Assembly: GCF_006345805.1 (NCBI RefSeq)
Contig: NC_043010.1
Span: 25,978,001-26,042,000, forward strand
Direction: 5' to 3'
Length of the DNA stretch: 64,000 bases
Origin: Octopus sinensis
Taxonomy: Eukaryota
Shown here: positions 20,677 to 33,408 of the stretch, in pieces
Layout of the letters: each line of letters begins with the position of its first letter
How positions within the stretch are numbered: the first letter of the stretch is position 1
Made by a program: the position numbers and the translations under genes
The notes under the pieces: generated by a model
The model's database searches: none
What the model saw: the letters and a program-made list of their open reading frames with translations, nothing else
What the model was told of the DNA's origin: nothing

Positions 20677-23600
20677 ATGACACCAAAGTGGGAAAAGAAA
20701 GAGTTAAATCTTCTGCTAAGAGCATGGATGATTGCTAGTGGCGATCCGCTGAACAACATCATCACTGCCGCACTAAAGAACAATGGATTTCATAGAACCA
20801 TTGACTAAACAAAATGAAAAAAAGGCGAATTTATCCAGTCTTACATGCCTATAAGACCACACATCAAAACATTGGATAACATAATTGAAAATTATTGTGG
20901 CAAGGCTGATGAGGATGAAGAGGACGAAAAAGAGAAGGAACCCGGAAATCTCTGTGATCCAGGGGTTCCTCAGGAAAATGGATCACCTACCCCGGATAGG
21001 GGAGCCAAGGGAGCAGAAATCGGAAGCCCCCTTACCAGTGGTCCTACAAAGAAATGAGAAATTAGAAAAACAGAAGAAAAAAGGAAGGACCGAAAACAAA
21101 AATAAGGAGGGAAAGGGAAGAAAAGGCAAAACAACCAAAGCTGAAACCCCAACCCACCACACAAACAGCAGAGAACCCCATGGAGGATCCAATGCCACCC
21201 AGTTCACTTCAGGAAAGAAGAAATCTGGAAGGCACTGAAGAAACTGTAAATTCTACCTGCGGGGCAAAAGCTGCTGGTTCGCCCACCCGACACCCTGCCA
21301 GAACTTCAGGAGACTCAAGGAGAAGAGCTTTACTGAGGGAAGACAAGAAATGTCTCCCAGGAAAACTTTCAGAAAAGAAGTGTGCTCCTCAGATGTTCTC
21401 TGCAACGCAGCAGCTGAGCAAGAGTCTTTTTTATGCATGGCGCAAAGAATTGTTCGGCAACTAACTTGGCTACACCAAGCACAGAGAAGGAACCCTGCCC
21501 ACCACTATGCAAGACCACCACAGTCAACAGACACGGGATGGTCTCCCCTAATGCCTGCACAGCCGTCACCCCAATACTTTTACTAAATATTGGGGGCCTG
21601 TTGCATCAAAATAGAAACAAAATTTCTTTCCTGAGAGATCTTACTGCATGCAATCAAGCCCTATGCATAGCACTCGTGGAAACTTACCTCAGCCCTGATA
21701 TAGAGGACGCAGAAGTACACATACCAAACTATGCCTTACTGTGAACAGACAGAAGGGAAAGGAGCCATGGTGGAGTTGCTGTATACATCCGAGATGACCT
21801 CACATCCCAGGTCTTAATAACATACTCAAATTCGGTATGTGACACTCCAATTGTATACATAAGACTACATAATATAGTCATATGCAATACATATTGCCCA
21901 CCGGATGCCCCAAACCACACAGGCAAGATTGCCTCACAAGAATTAAAGAAATCCTCATGAATCTGGAACACCACATGACCATATTTCTTATGGGTTATTT
22001 CAACTTCCCCAACTTGAAATGGCCCGAAGGTTTCATACTCTCAGGAATGAATCATTGCAAGCAAGTACAGGTGGAGTCCCTGCTCAACCTCACCAACGCC
22101 TTATTCATGGAGCAAGTTGTACTCAAACCAACTAGGGCGAATAACATTTTGGATCTCTGCTTCACGAACAATATGGACATCATTCATGATGTGAAAGTGA
22201 CACCGACATTAGTTTCGGATCACAACATAATAGAGCTGTCTATGTTTGGGCCAAAAGTAACCAGAGACATACAGCCTAAAGGAAGCACCCGAAATCTCTC
22301 CAATCTGAACTTCCACAAAGCATATTGGAAATCGATCCACAAAGAGATCCTCAGAGAGGACTGGCTGGAATGTCTCTCCACACCAGACATTGACATGAAA
22401 CTAGAATGTTTCATGTCTTCTGTGCAAGCAGTATGCCAGAAATATGTCCCAGAGCACAAGGCCAAAACAAATAGGTGCAAGATTCCAAGAGACAGGAAGA
22501 TCCTCATGAGACAACAGACGAAGGTTGCAAATCGTCTCAACCAACAGCGCAAAAGTAGCAAAACGTCCTGCCTAAAAACAACACTGATGGAGATCGAAAA
22601 AAGGCTGCAACAATCCTATGTGAGGGAGAAAGCAGACAAAGAAGCCTGGGTTACAAAAAACATTAAATCAAACCCAAAGGCCTTCTTTCATTACGCGAAA
22701 GAAACTGTCAGTACACTACAAGATAGGACCCCTCCTCCAAAAGGATGGCTCCCTCACAGACAGTCCAACTAAGATCAGTGAGATGCTGAATGACCAGTTC
22801 AAAAGTGTCTTTACCACCCCATTGGAACACAGACGAGTGAACGAACCAGTGGACTTCTTTGCCGCCTCACCTATAACCAGCGAGGCGGTTACAATAGAAT
22901 GTATTGACATTAGCGAAGATGTCCTACTAGCCATAGATGAAGTGGACACAAACTCAACTGCTGGTCCAGATGGTTTCCCAGCAATCCTCCTCAAAGCGTG
23001 TAAGCATGCCCTGGAAAAACCCCTCAAGATTCTCTTCCAGAGCTTTCTTACAAATGGCAAACTGCCAAGCAAGCTGAAGGAGGGAATAATATGCCCAATA
23101 CATAAAGGGGGAAGTAGATCAGATGCCAAAAACTATAGGCCTATCTCTCTGACTTCACACATCAGCAAAGTCATGGAACGGATAGTCAGAAAGAAACTAA
23201 TCGCATTCCTTGAGGAAAATAACTTGCTGAGTGATACCCAGCATGGTTTTCGACCAGGTAGGAGCTGCCTGACCCAGCTCTTACAACATTATGACTGGGT
23301 GTTGAGGCAGTTACTCAACAAATCAAATATGGACGTAATCTACCTTGATTTTGCAAAAGCTTTTGACAAGGTTGATCATGGTATGATAAGCCACAAACTG
23401 CATGACCTCGGCATAGCTGGAAAACTTGGAGTGTGGTTACATGACTTCCTGAAAGATAGGAGTCAGGCAGTAGTGGTTAATGGAGCCACCTCTATGAACA
23501 CACAAATAGTGAGCGGTGTTCCACAAGGCACTGTCTTTGGACCACTGCTTTTTATAGTGGCCCTCTCAGATATGCCCTCAAATGCCCGGATAGCCACTCT

Positions 23601-24573
23601 GGCAAGCTATGCAGACGATACGAAAGTCTCACAGAAAATACAGAAGCCCAGCGATGTTGCACACCTGCAGCAGAAGTTGGACTCAATCTACAGATGGGCT
23701 GAGGATAATAATATGCAGTTTAATGCTGAAAATTTCCAGGCCCTGTGCTACCAGCATCCAAAACTTAATATTAAACTTACAGGATACACTGGTCCACAGG
23801 GAATTTCAATCCCAGATCCGAAGTCTGTGAAGGACCTGGGTATCGACATGAGTGATGATGCCTCTTTCCGAGTGCATATTACCAGGATGGCGACAAAGTG
23901 CAGACGACTGGCTGGATCCTAAGAACATTCAGAACCAGAGATAAGGAAACCATGATGGTCCTCTGGTGGACATTCGTCCTCAGCCGCCTGGATTACTGCT
24001 CACAGCTATGGTCACCCACCAGCGTGAAATTAACAGTGGACCTTGAAGCAATCCAGAGAAGATTCACAAAGAAGATTGTCTCTTTGCAACAGCTCAGCTA
24101 CTGGGAAAGGTTGAAACAGCTAAGACTCTACTCCCTGGAGAGAAGACGGGAGAGGTATGCAGTAATATATGTCTGGAAGATCCTGGAAGGAATTGTGCCA
24201 AATTTTGGCATTGTAAGCTACACCAATGCTAGAACGGGACGACACTGCATAGTGCCAAAGATCCCAGCAATGCCATCACGCTTCAGGACTAGCTTCTGCA
24301 ACAGCCTGGGTTTCAAGGGCCCACAGCTTTTTAATATTCTCCCAAAGAGTCTGAGGAACCTGCACAAAGTAGATGTAGCGGTTTTTAAATCAAAGCTAGA
24401 CATCTTCTTGTGGAGAGTCCCAGATGAACCTACCTCTCGGCAAGAGGTGCAAATGAGAGTAGCTATATCAAACTCCATTCTTCACCAAATGCCACATATT
24501 AGAGGAGGTTCTTCGTAATAACAGTGTAGCACAAAACGGCGGTGCATCAGCATGGCCGCAGCTCTGAGCTGAA
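20677..24573 (+). mobile_element. Near-full-length CR1-group LINE (decayed ORF1 plus APE-RT ORF2 with multiple disablements)
   Basis: LLNIGG, VETYL, GGVAVYI, MGYFNFP, NYRPISLTS, QHGFRPGRSC, YLDFAKAFDKVDH, GVPQG, SYADD, RLDYCSQLWSP..LSYWERLKQL..SLERRR; 3' tail 24538-24573. Confidence 0.88.
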
Positions 24574-24620
24574 TATATATATATATATATAAATATTCAT
24601 ATATATATTCATATATATAT

Positions 24621-24668
<48 letters not shown>

Positions 24669-24712
24669 TATATATTTATATATATATATATAGTTATATA
24701 TATATATATATA

Positions 24713-24780
<68 letters not shown>

Positions 24781-25029
24781 GGTCCGTTCCATGCTGTTTG
24801 TACGTTTTCGTTTCTCGTTGAGTTCTACGTCTATTTGTGGTGTCCTGTACACACGTATATATATTTATATATGCATGTATATATACATGTAGATGTAGGT
24901 ACGTACATATATGTTTGTATGTATGCATATATTTTATTTATTACACTATTATATGACTGAGCGCCTTCGCGTCGATTCAATTCGATTCGTTTGGTTTCGT
25001 TTCGTTTCTTCTTCTTCTCTAAGCTGGTT

Positions 25030-25088
<59 letters not shown>

Positions 25089-25123
25089 TTATTTATATAT
25101 ATTTATTTATATATATATATATT

Positions 25124-25167
<44 letters not shown>

Positions 25168-25195
25168 TTATATATAAATATATATATATTTATAT
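24574..25195. repeat. Long (TA)n microsatellites (about 24574-24775 and 25030-25195) around a short intervening segment
   Basis: Direct reading. Confidence 0.9.
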
Positions 25196-26745
25196 CATCA
25201 TAATCATCATCATCATCATCATTTAGCATCCACTTTCCATGCTAGCATGGGTTGGACGGACACGAACGGATGGTGCTTTTTACGTACCACGGGCACGAGG
25301 CCATTCGGGGTGGCGCTGGCAACGGCCACATTCGGATGGTTCTTTTACGTGCCACCGGTACTGGTAACTTAGCTGCAATTTCCATTGATCAATTTCGATT
25401 CTGATTCTGATTCTCACTTGCCTCAACAGGTCTTCACAAGTAGAGTTTTGTGTCCCAAGAAGGGAAGGTATGCATAAGTGGGCTGGCTACATCCCATGTA
25501 GAAGGCCACGGGTTATGGTCTCACTTGTCCTGCCGGGTCTTCTCGCGCACAGCATACTTCCAGAGGTCTTGATCTCTAGCCATTTCCTCAGTGAGACCTA
25601 AAGTTCGAAGGTCGTGCTTCACCAACTCGTTCCAGGTTTTCCTGGGTCTGCCTCTTACACAGGTTCCCTCAACCTCTAGGGTGTGGTACTTTTTCACACA
25701 ACTGTCTTCATCCATTCTCGCCACATGCCCGTACCAGCACAGTTGTCTCTCTTGCACACCACATCTGATGCTTCTTAGGTCCAGCTTTTCTCTCAAGGTA
25801 CGTACACTCTGTCGAGTATGAGTACTGACATTACACATCCATCGGAGCATACTGGCTTCATTTCTTGCGAGCTTACGCATGTCCTCAGCAGTCACGTCCC
25901 ATGGCTGTTCGTACAGACGCGTCATACAGTCTGCCTTTTACTCTGAGCGAGAGGCCTTTTGTCACCAGCAGAGATAAGAGCTCTCTGAACTTTGCCCAAG
26001 CTATTCTTACTCTAGCAGTTACACTTTCAGCACACCTGCCCCCGCTGCTGACGGAAGCTATCAACTATTTCTAGTTTTTCTCCCTGGAAAGTGACAGAAG
26101 TTGGTCTCAGAGCATTTTCAGTGTTTATTGTTCCTGAGCATCTGCCACATACAAAAACCATCTTCATAGTTAGCCTTCCTTTGACATTGCTGCACCTCTT
26201 ATGTGTCCATAGCTTACACTTGGTGCATCTTATAGAGTTTCTACCTACACCTTTTCTACAGATCGAGCAGGGCCATCTACCTGAAGGCGTTTGTGATTTG
26301 TCTACCTTCCTACTGATTATGACTTTGGTTTTAGCTAGATTGACTCTAAGGCCCTTCGATTCTAAACCTTGCTTCTACACCTGAAACTTCTCCTCCAGTT
26401 CTGATAGTGACTCAGCAATTAGAGCGAGGTCATCAGCATAGAGGAGCTCCCAAGGGCATCCTGTCTTGAATTCCTCCGTTATTGCCTGGAGGACTATGAT
26501 AAATAGGAGGGGGCTGAGGACTGAGCCTTGGTGGACCCCTACCTCTACTCGGAATTCTTCACTGTACTCGTTGCCAACCCTCACCTTACTAGCAGCGTCC
26601 CTGTACATGGCTCGCACAGCTCTCACTAACCATTCATCTATCCCTAGTTTCCTCATTGACCACCAGATGAGGGATCGGGGGACCCTGTCGAAGGCTTTCT
26701 CCATGTCAACAAAAGCCAGGTACAGGGGCTTATCTTTGGCTAGGT
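25195..26745 (-). mobile_element. RTE LINE 3' fragment with internal deletions and an intact PHD-like finger (26138-26275)
   Basis: High similarity to 9541-10790; (TGA)n tail at about 25195-25220. Confidence 0.88.
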
Positions 26746-26862
26746 AATATATATTTATATATACATATATATATATATATTTAATTGCAGCATGTAAGGT
26801 GTTTGTAAGCCTTGTAAGAAACACACAAAAGCCGTTCGATTCACTTCAACATTTAAGTTTAA

Positions 26863-26913
26863 TTTGTCAAAATATTTTCGGCGCTTTAAGACAGCGACCT
26901 GTTCACTGACAAA
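26863..26913 (-). ncRNA. Type I minimal hammerhead ribozyme with variant G3:C8 core
   Basis: Minus strand: TTTGTCA-GTGAACA-GG(T)CGC/tgtcttaaa/GCGCC-GAA-AATATT-T|TGACAAA. Confidence 0.62.
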
Positions 26914-26957
26914 AATCCGTGCTGCATATATTTATATATACATATATATATATCTAT

Positions 26958-27658
26958 TCGAACTTTAGGTCTCACTGAGGAAATGACTAGAGACCGAGAC
27001 CTCTGGAAGTGTGCTGTGCGCGAGAAGACCCGGCAGGACAAGTGAGTCCACAACCCGTGGCCTTCTACATGGGATGGAGCCAGCCTACGTATGCATACCT
27101 TCCCTTCTTGGGACACAAAACTCTACTTGTGAAGACGTGTTGAGGCAAGTGAGGATCAGAATCGAAATCGATCAATGGAAATTGCGGATGTGCTACCAGT
27201 GCCGGTGGCATGTCGAAACTCTGCTTGTGAAGACCCATTGAGGCAAGTGAGGATCAGAATCGAAATCGATCAATGGAAATCGATCAATGGAAATTGCAGA
27301 TGTGTTACCAGTGCCGGTGGCATGTAAGAGAACTTTCCGTTTCGCGACCGTTGCCAGCACCGCCCCGTTTCGTGTCCGTTGCCAGCCTCGCCTGGCCCTC
27401 GTGCCGGTGGCACATAAAAAGCACCATCCGTTCGTGGCCGTTTGCCAGCTCTGTCTGGCACCAGTGCGGGTGGCACGTAAAAAGCACCCACTACACTCAC
27501 GGAGTGGTTGGCGTTAGGAAGGGCATCCAGCCGTAGAAACACTGCCAGATTTGACTGGGCCTGTTGAAGCCTTCTGGCTTCACAGACCCCAGTAGAACCG
27601 TCCAACCCATGCTAGCATGGAAAACGGACGCTAAATGATGATGATGATGATGATGATA
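26958..27658 (+). mobile_element. RTE LINE 3' end (ORF2 terminus, 3' UTR, (TGA)n)
   Basis: ..REKTRQDK* followed by the same UTR modules as 8838-9540. Confidence 0.85.
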
Positions 27659-27799
27659 TACATATATATATATTTATATATACATATATATATATATTTA
27701 TATATACATATATGTATATTTATATATACATATATATATATATTTATATATACATATATATATATTTATACACATATATACAGATTATATATATATATA

Positions 27800-29440
27800 C
27801 AGATTGAGCAGGGCCATCTACCTGAAGGGATTTGTAGTTTTCCTGCCTTCCTACATATTAGGACTTTGGTTTTAGCTAGGTTGATTCTAAGGCCCTTCGT
27901 TTCTAATCCTTGTTTCCACACTCCAGGCAATAACGGAGGAATTCAAGACAGGATGCCCCTGGGAGCTCCTCTATGCTGATGACCTTGCTCTAATTGCTGA
28001 GTCACTATCAGAACTAGAGGCGAAGTTTCAAGTGTGGAAACAAGGATTAGAATCGAAGGGCCTTAGAATCAACCTAGCTAAAACCAAAGTCCTAATATGT
28101 AGGAAGGCAGGAAAACTACAAATCCCTTCAGGTAGATGGCCCTGCTCAATCTGTAGTTGAGGCGTAGGTAGAAACTCTATAAGATGTACCCAGTGTAAGC
28201 TATGGACACATAAGAGGTACAGTAATATCAAAGGGAGGCTATCTGGGAAGATAGTTTTTGTATGTGGCAGATGCTCAGGTGCTATAAACACTGAAAATGC
28301 TCTGAGACCAATTTCCGCCACATTCCAGGGAGAAAAACTAGAAGTAGTTGATAGCTTCTGTTACCTAGATGACCAAGTCAGTAGCGGAGGTGGGTGTGCT
28401 AAAAGTGTAGCTGTTAGAATAAGAATAGCTTGAGCAAAGTTCAGAGAGCTCTTACCTTTGCTGGTGGCAAAGGGCTTCTCGCTCAGAGTAAAAGGTAGAC
28501 TGTATGACACTTGTGTACGAACAGCCATGCTACATGGCAGTGAAACATGGGCTGTAACTGCTGAGGACATGCATAAGTTCACAAGGAATGAAGCCAGTAT
28601 GATCCGATGGATGTGTAATGTCAGTGTGCATACTCGACAGAGTGTAAGTACCTTGAGAGAAAAGTTGGACCTAAGAAGCATCAGATGTGGTGTGCAAGAG
28701 AGACAACTGTGCTGGTATGGTCATGTGGCAAGAATGGACAAGGACAGCTGTGTGAAAAAGTGCCACACCCTAGCGGTTGAGGGAACCTGTGTAAGAGGTA
28801 GACCCAGGAAGACCTCAGATGAAGTGATGTAGCATGACCTTCGAACTTTAGACCTCACCAAGGAAATGGCTAGTGACCGAGACCTTTGGAAATATGCCGT
28901 GCGTGAGAAGTCCTGGCAAGCCAAATGAAACCATAATCTCATGGCCTATGCCAGAGGCGTAACCAGCCCACTTATGTGTAACCTTTTCCTTCTTTGGACA
29001 CTAAAACTTTACTTGCAAAGACCTGTGGAGGCAAGTGAAATCAAATCAATCGAAATCAAATTCGATGACTGGCGTCCATGCTAGCAGGGTGCAAAGAGCA
29101 CCATACGAGTGAGATCGTTGACAGAGCGGCTAACCAGCTTCCGTGCTAGTGGCACTTAAAGGGCACCATTCGAGCGTGATCATTACCAGCGTTGCCTTAC
29201 TGGCACTTGTGCCTGTGCTAGTAGGGTGCCAAAAGCACCATCCGAACGTGATCATTGCCAGAGCAGCCAACTGGCTTCCGTGCCAGTGGCACATAAAAGG
29301 GTACCATTCGAGTGTGATCTGTAGAAAACCATGCCAAGTCAGACTGAGGCCTGGTGCAGCCTTCATGCTAGCCCATGCAAACCGCCCAACCCATGCCAGC
29401 ATGGACAACGGACATTAAATGATGATGATGATGATGATGA
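27800..29440 (+). mobile_element. RTE LINE 3' fragment with a 123-bp inverted duplication at its 5' end
   Basis: 27800-27922 is the reverse complement of 28031-28153 (1 mismatch); forward part 27923-29440 ends in (TGA)n. Confidence 0.85.
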
Positions 29441-29775
29441 TATACATCATCATCATCATCGTTTAACGTCTGTTTTCCATGATAGCATGGGTTGGACGGA
29501 CAGTCAGACCGGGGTCTGGGAAGCCAGGAGGCTGCACCAGGCTCCAGTCTGATCTGGCAGTGTTTCTACAGCTGGATGGCCTTCCTAACACCAACCACTC
29601 CGTGAGTGTAGTGGGTGCTTTTTACGTGCCAGGCGAGGCTAGCAATGGCCACAATTGGTTGGTGCTTTTTACGTGTCACCGGCACAGGTATCACAACTAC
29701 AATTTCCATTTGATATGTATATACACACATCAGTTAAAACATTCACTGGTATTAAGGTATGTGTGTATATATATA

Positions 29776-30985
29776 TAGGGTGTATCAGTTTTATTTTTAG
29801 GTCATTTATGTGAATGTGAATTTAGTAAAAGATGCATGGCTTGTCAAAGAAAAACTGTATTTGAAAACAAATTGGTAGAAATAATCTTGATAATTCTTAT
29901 ATCAGACCTATTCAATGAATCCACCGTTAGCATCGATGGATGCTTTGGGACGGGGTCAGAAGCATTGACATGCTTGAATCAGATATTATTCATCAATTTG
30001 GAAAGAGCCCTGGTTATAGAGGACTATGAGATTGTATGGTATTATAGGGGTGTTGATTGACCTCTCTCTCTCTCTCTTGACTATGCCCCATATGGAATAG
30101 TCCAATGGATTGATGTCTGGTAAGCTAGGAGGCCATGTATCTGGGAGAACACCATCAAGGAGATCAGTATGCATCCATGCTCGGGTTGATGGTGCAGAGG
30201 CTTGTTGGATGACATAGTCTTCTGTTGCATGATCTGTCTATCTGGGGCCTTACAACTTTTTCCAACATCTCTGTGTAGACAGCAGCATTGATTCTTAAAC
30301 CCTGTGATAAAATGTGAAGAGGTATGACATCATCTCAAAACCATCACAGTTGCTGGGAACATCATTCAGGTCTCTTCATAACCATCTGTTGTTCCTTTGG
30401 TTTACTTTTTCATCTTGATAAAAGTTTTTTTCATTGGAGAAAAACCAAAGAATCCTAGGCTCTTGGAGTTTTAACTTGTTTAGCAAACATTTTGCATGGA
30501 TTGAAAGATTCTTTTTTTTTCACATCCAACATAAACTGACCCCTCTGCATCACATACAACTTGTACCAGACTTCGTTATGCACAGCTCCTCTGATAGTAC
30601 ATTCTAGAAGCCTGAGGGCCTTTGTAATGGCTCTGATTAACTTTCTAGGGGATTTTTCTTGATTATTTCTTGAATTTTTGGTATTGTGTTCTGATGGCAT
30701 AAGAATCCTGGCATGCATTTTGAATTTAGTTGCCGATGTTGGGTCCCTGTTAGTCGCTTCCAGCTCCTTTTGATCTTTGACAATGAAGGACCAGGCAACT
30801 TTCAGGAAGTCAGCTATTTCTGTGTCACTATGTTGCACCTTTAAGGCAACGATTACAATGCCTTTTCATTTGCTGAGTCAACATGATGTCTGATGTTATT
30901 TATCTGAAAAGGTGAAAGAAATTAATAATTTACATATAAGTTAGAGTTCTTGAAAGAGTTGTCCACAACACACTGATGCACTCTG
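29776..30985 (-). mobile_element. Decayed Tc1/mariner-superfamily transposon (maT/DD37D-like)
   Basis: WPPSLPDINPLDYSIWG motif, N-terminal HTH-like ORF 30455-30838, degenerate (C/T)AG(G/A)GTG(T/C)ATCA termini. Confidence 0.7.
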
Positions 30986-31884
30986 CATAGATATAGGGGC
31001 TTCTTTCAGTTTCCATCTACCAATACTACTCGCTATAATTTGGTTAGCCTGAGGCTATAAAAGAAGACACCCAAGGTGCTATACGGTGGGACTGAACTTG
31101 AAACCATGTGTTTGGGAAGCAAATTTCTTAACTACACAGCTATGCCTGTAGCTATATCTTCTATTAGGAAAAGAAAAGTGGGGGATGTATCAGGTATTGT
31201 AGTTGTATGTCCCTTATAAAAAAAGATGGGATAGTCAGTTGAAATGATTTGTAATCATAGGTCTACTACTTCAGGGTTGGCCTAGGGTTAAGCAACAACA
31301 ACAACAACAACAACAACCTCTTTATGGTTAAGTGTTTCAGTTTCTTGACCATAAATGACTAAATTAACAAGCTGCTGGATAACCTGCAATGGTCAGTAGC
31401 TAAGGTTTTAATTACTGAATGGCCTAATTAACTTGGCTAAGAGAATAAATTATTCAGAGATGCTATCATCCTTGTTGTCAATGCCGTCATCATTGTCATT
31501 GTGATCATCATCATTTAACATCTGTTTCCCTTGCTGGTATGGGTTGGACGATTTGACTGGAGCTGTCAAGCCAGAGGGCTTCACCAGCCTCCAACGCATG
31601 GTTTCTACGGCTGGATGCTCTTCCTAATATCAGCCATTTTACAGTGTGTGTTGGGTGCTTTCTATGTGATGCAGGCACAGGTGCTTTTCATGTGGTACCC
31701 ACACTGGCACCAGTATAGGTGCTTCCTACATGGTACATTTTACAAGAAAAGCAATAGTTAAGTCAGTGTGTACATATTAAAAACAGCATTAAAAACTTAA
31801 TTAGAAATGATTATGTGGTATGGAAAAGACGGTTTTGGCTAATGATTAATATTGTTCACATTATTCTAATAAGTATGGCAGACA

Positions 31885-31924
31885 GCTCTAGACATGTTTT
31901 GGTCTTATTAGACCTTCTCTGAGC
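31885..31924 (-). ncRNA. Decayed hammerhead ribozyme remnant
   Basis: Minus strand: gctc-agaga-A-GGTCT/aata/AGACC-(A)AAA-CATG-TC|TAGAGC; core CUGA lost and G12 mutated. Confidence 0.35.
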
Positions 31925-31966
31925 AATCATAAACTTCACTGTACTTTCTGGGGTAGTACTGTAGTA

Positions 31967-33195
31967 TTGGGTCCGCCCATAAATAATGCATTTTTTTAAT
32001 ACTTCTTTTATTTTTCAAAATCAAGATAAACAAATTTCTTTTTTAAAATATTCTCTCCTTCATCTTCTTCAATGCTCTTCCATCTGTCTGGTTGACTTGC
32101 AAGGTCCCTTTTCCACACTTCACTTGTCTGTGACGGAAAATACTCTTCTAGTACTGTTCTGACCTCATCTACAGGATTCATATTTTTTCCTGTCCAAATT
32201 ATTTTGAAGACTGCAGAATAAATGATAATCAGATGGGGCAATGTCTGGTGAATATGGTGGGTGGGAGCCTTTAGAATGTCATTCTTGCTGTATGTGGTCG
32301 AACATTATCCTGATGGAAGAACATTTTTCATCTTGAAACCAAAGATGGTTGTTTTTCTTCTAGCACTGACTTAATCTGCTCAAGCTGCTCACAGTAGATC
32401 TTTCTTGTTGTTTTGATTGGGTGGACTAAACCTTTCATATCCCACCAAACAGATAACACCTTACATGGGCGAAGACCTTCTTTAGTCTGGCGTGGCACTG
32501 TTTCTCCTTTCCCTACCCACTATCTTCAGTGCTTGACATTTTTATAGAGAACCCAGTTCTCATCACCAGTCACTATTCAGTCCAAAAGGTTCATTCGTGA
32601 CAGCAAAGAAGAGCACACATTCACTCTCTGTGTGCAATTAGAATCAGAAAATCTATGAGGAACCCATTGACCCAATTGGCTGACTTTTCTGATGGCACGC
32701 AAGTGTTGATGAATGGTTGAATGACCATATCCAAGCTTCTCTGCTAGTTCCTCAATAGTTTCGATGAGATTTTGTTTGACCAGGGTTTGCAGGATGTCCT
32801 TGTTGAGCTCTACAGATCTTCTAAGATGAGGCTCATCTTCTAGGCTGTCGTTTCTAGCTCAGAATTTCTGGAACCACTGTTGACATTGGCTTATACTTAT
32901 TGTCTGATTCCCATATACTGCATTAATATTCCTCGCACTTTCTGTTGTGTTGTTGCTGTTATTGAACTCATAAAGCAAAATATGCCGAATATGCTCCTTT
33001 GTCACTTCCATTATAGCATTGAAAAAATAATTGTTAAAATTGAGCTGCACTCTTCAAAACTTGCACAAAGAATAAGATTATGGTAAAATTACTACCTGCT
33101 TTTATAGCAAGTTGATGCAGGTAGTTTATCCTGTCCCCCTCCAACTTTTAGTTCATGCAATTGAAAAAAACAGCATTATTTATGGGATGACCCAA
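31967..33195 (-). mobile_element. Full-length-size decayed mariner element
   Basis: TA|TTGGGTC..CCCATAAATAATGC TIRs with TA on both sides; MEVTKEHIRHILLYEFN..ARNINAVYG N-terminus; 1229 bp. Confidence 0.88.
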
Positions 33196-33371
33196 TACAT
33201 AGGTGCAGGCATGGTTGTGTGGTAAGAAGTTTATTTCTCAACCACATGGTTCTGGGTTCAGTCCTACTTGAGAGATGCATGGCATCTTGTGCAAGTGTCT
33301 TTCACTATAACCTCAGGCCAACCAAAGCCTTGTGAGTGAATTCAGTAGACAAAAACTGAAAGAAGCCTGTC

Positions 33372-33408
<37 letters not shown>

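Noticed and set aside
24731-25203. YIYI/IYIY ORFs here and at about 8785, 27635, 41165-42130 and 49909-50330
   Set aside because: Translations of (TA)n/(CA)n microsatellites
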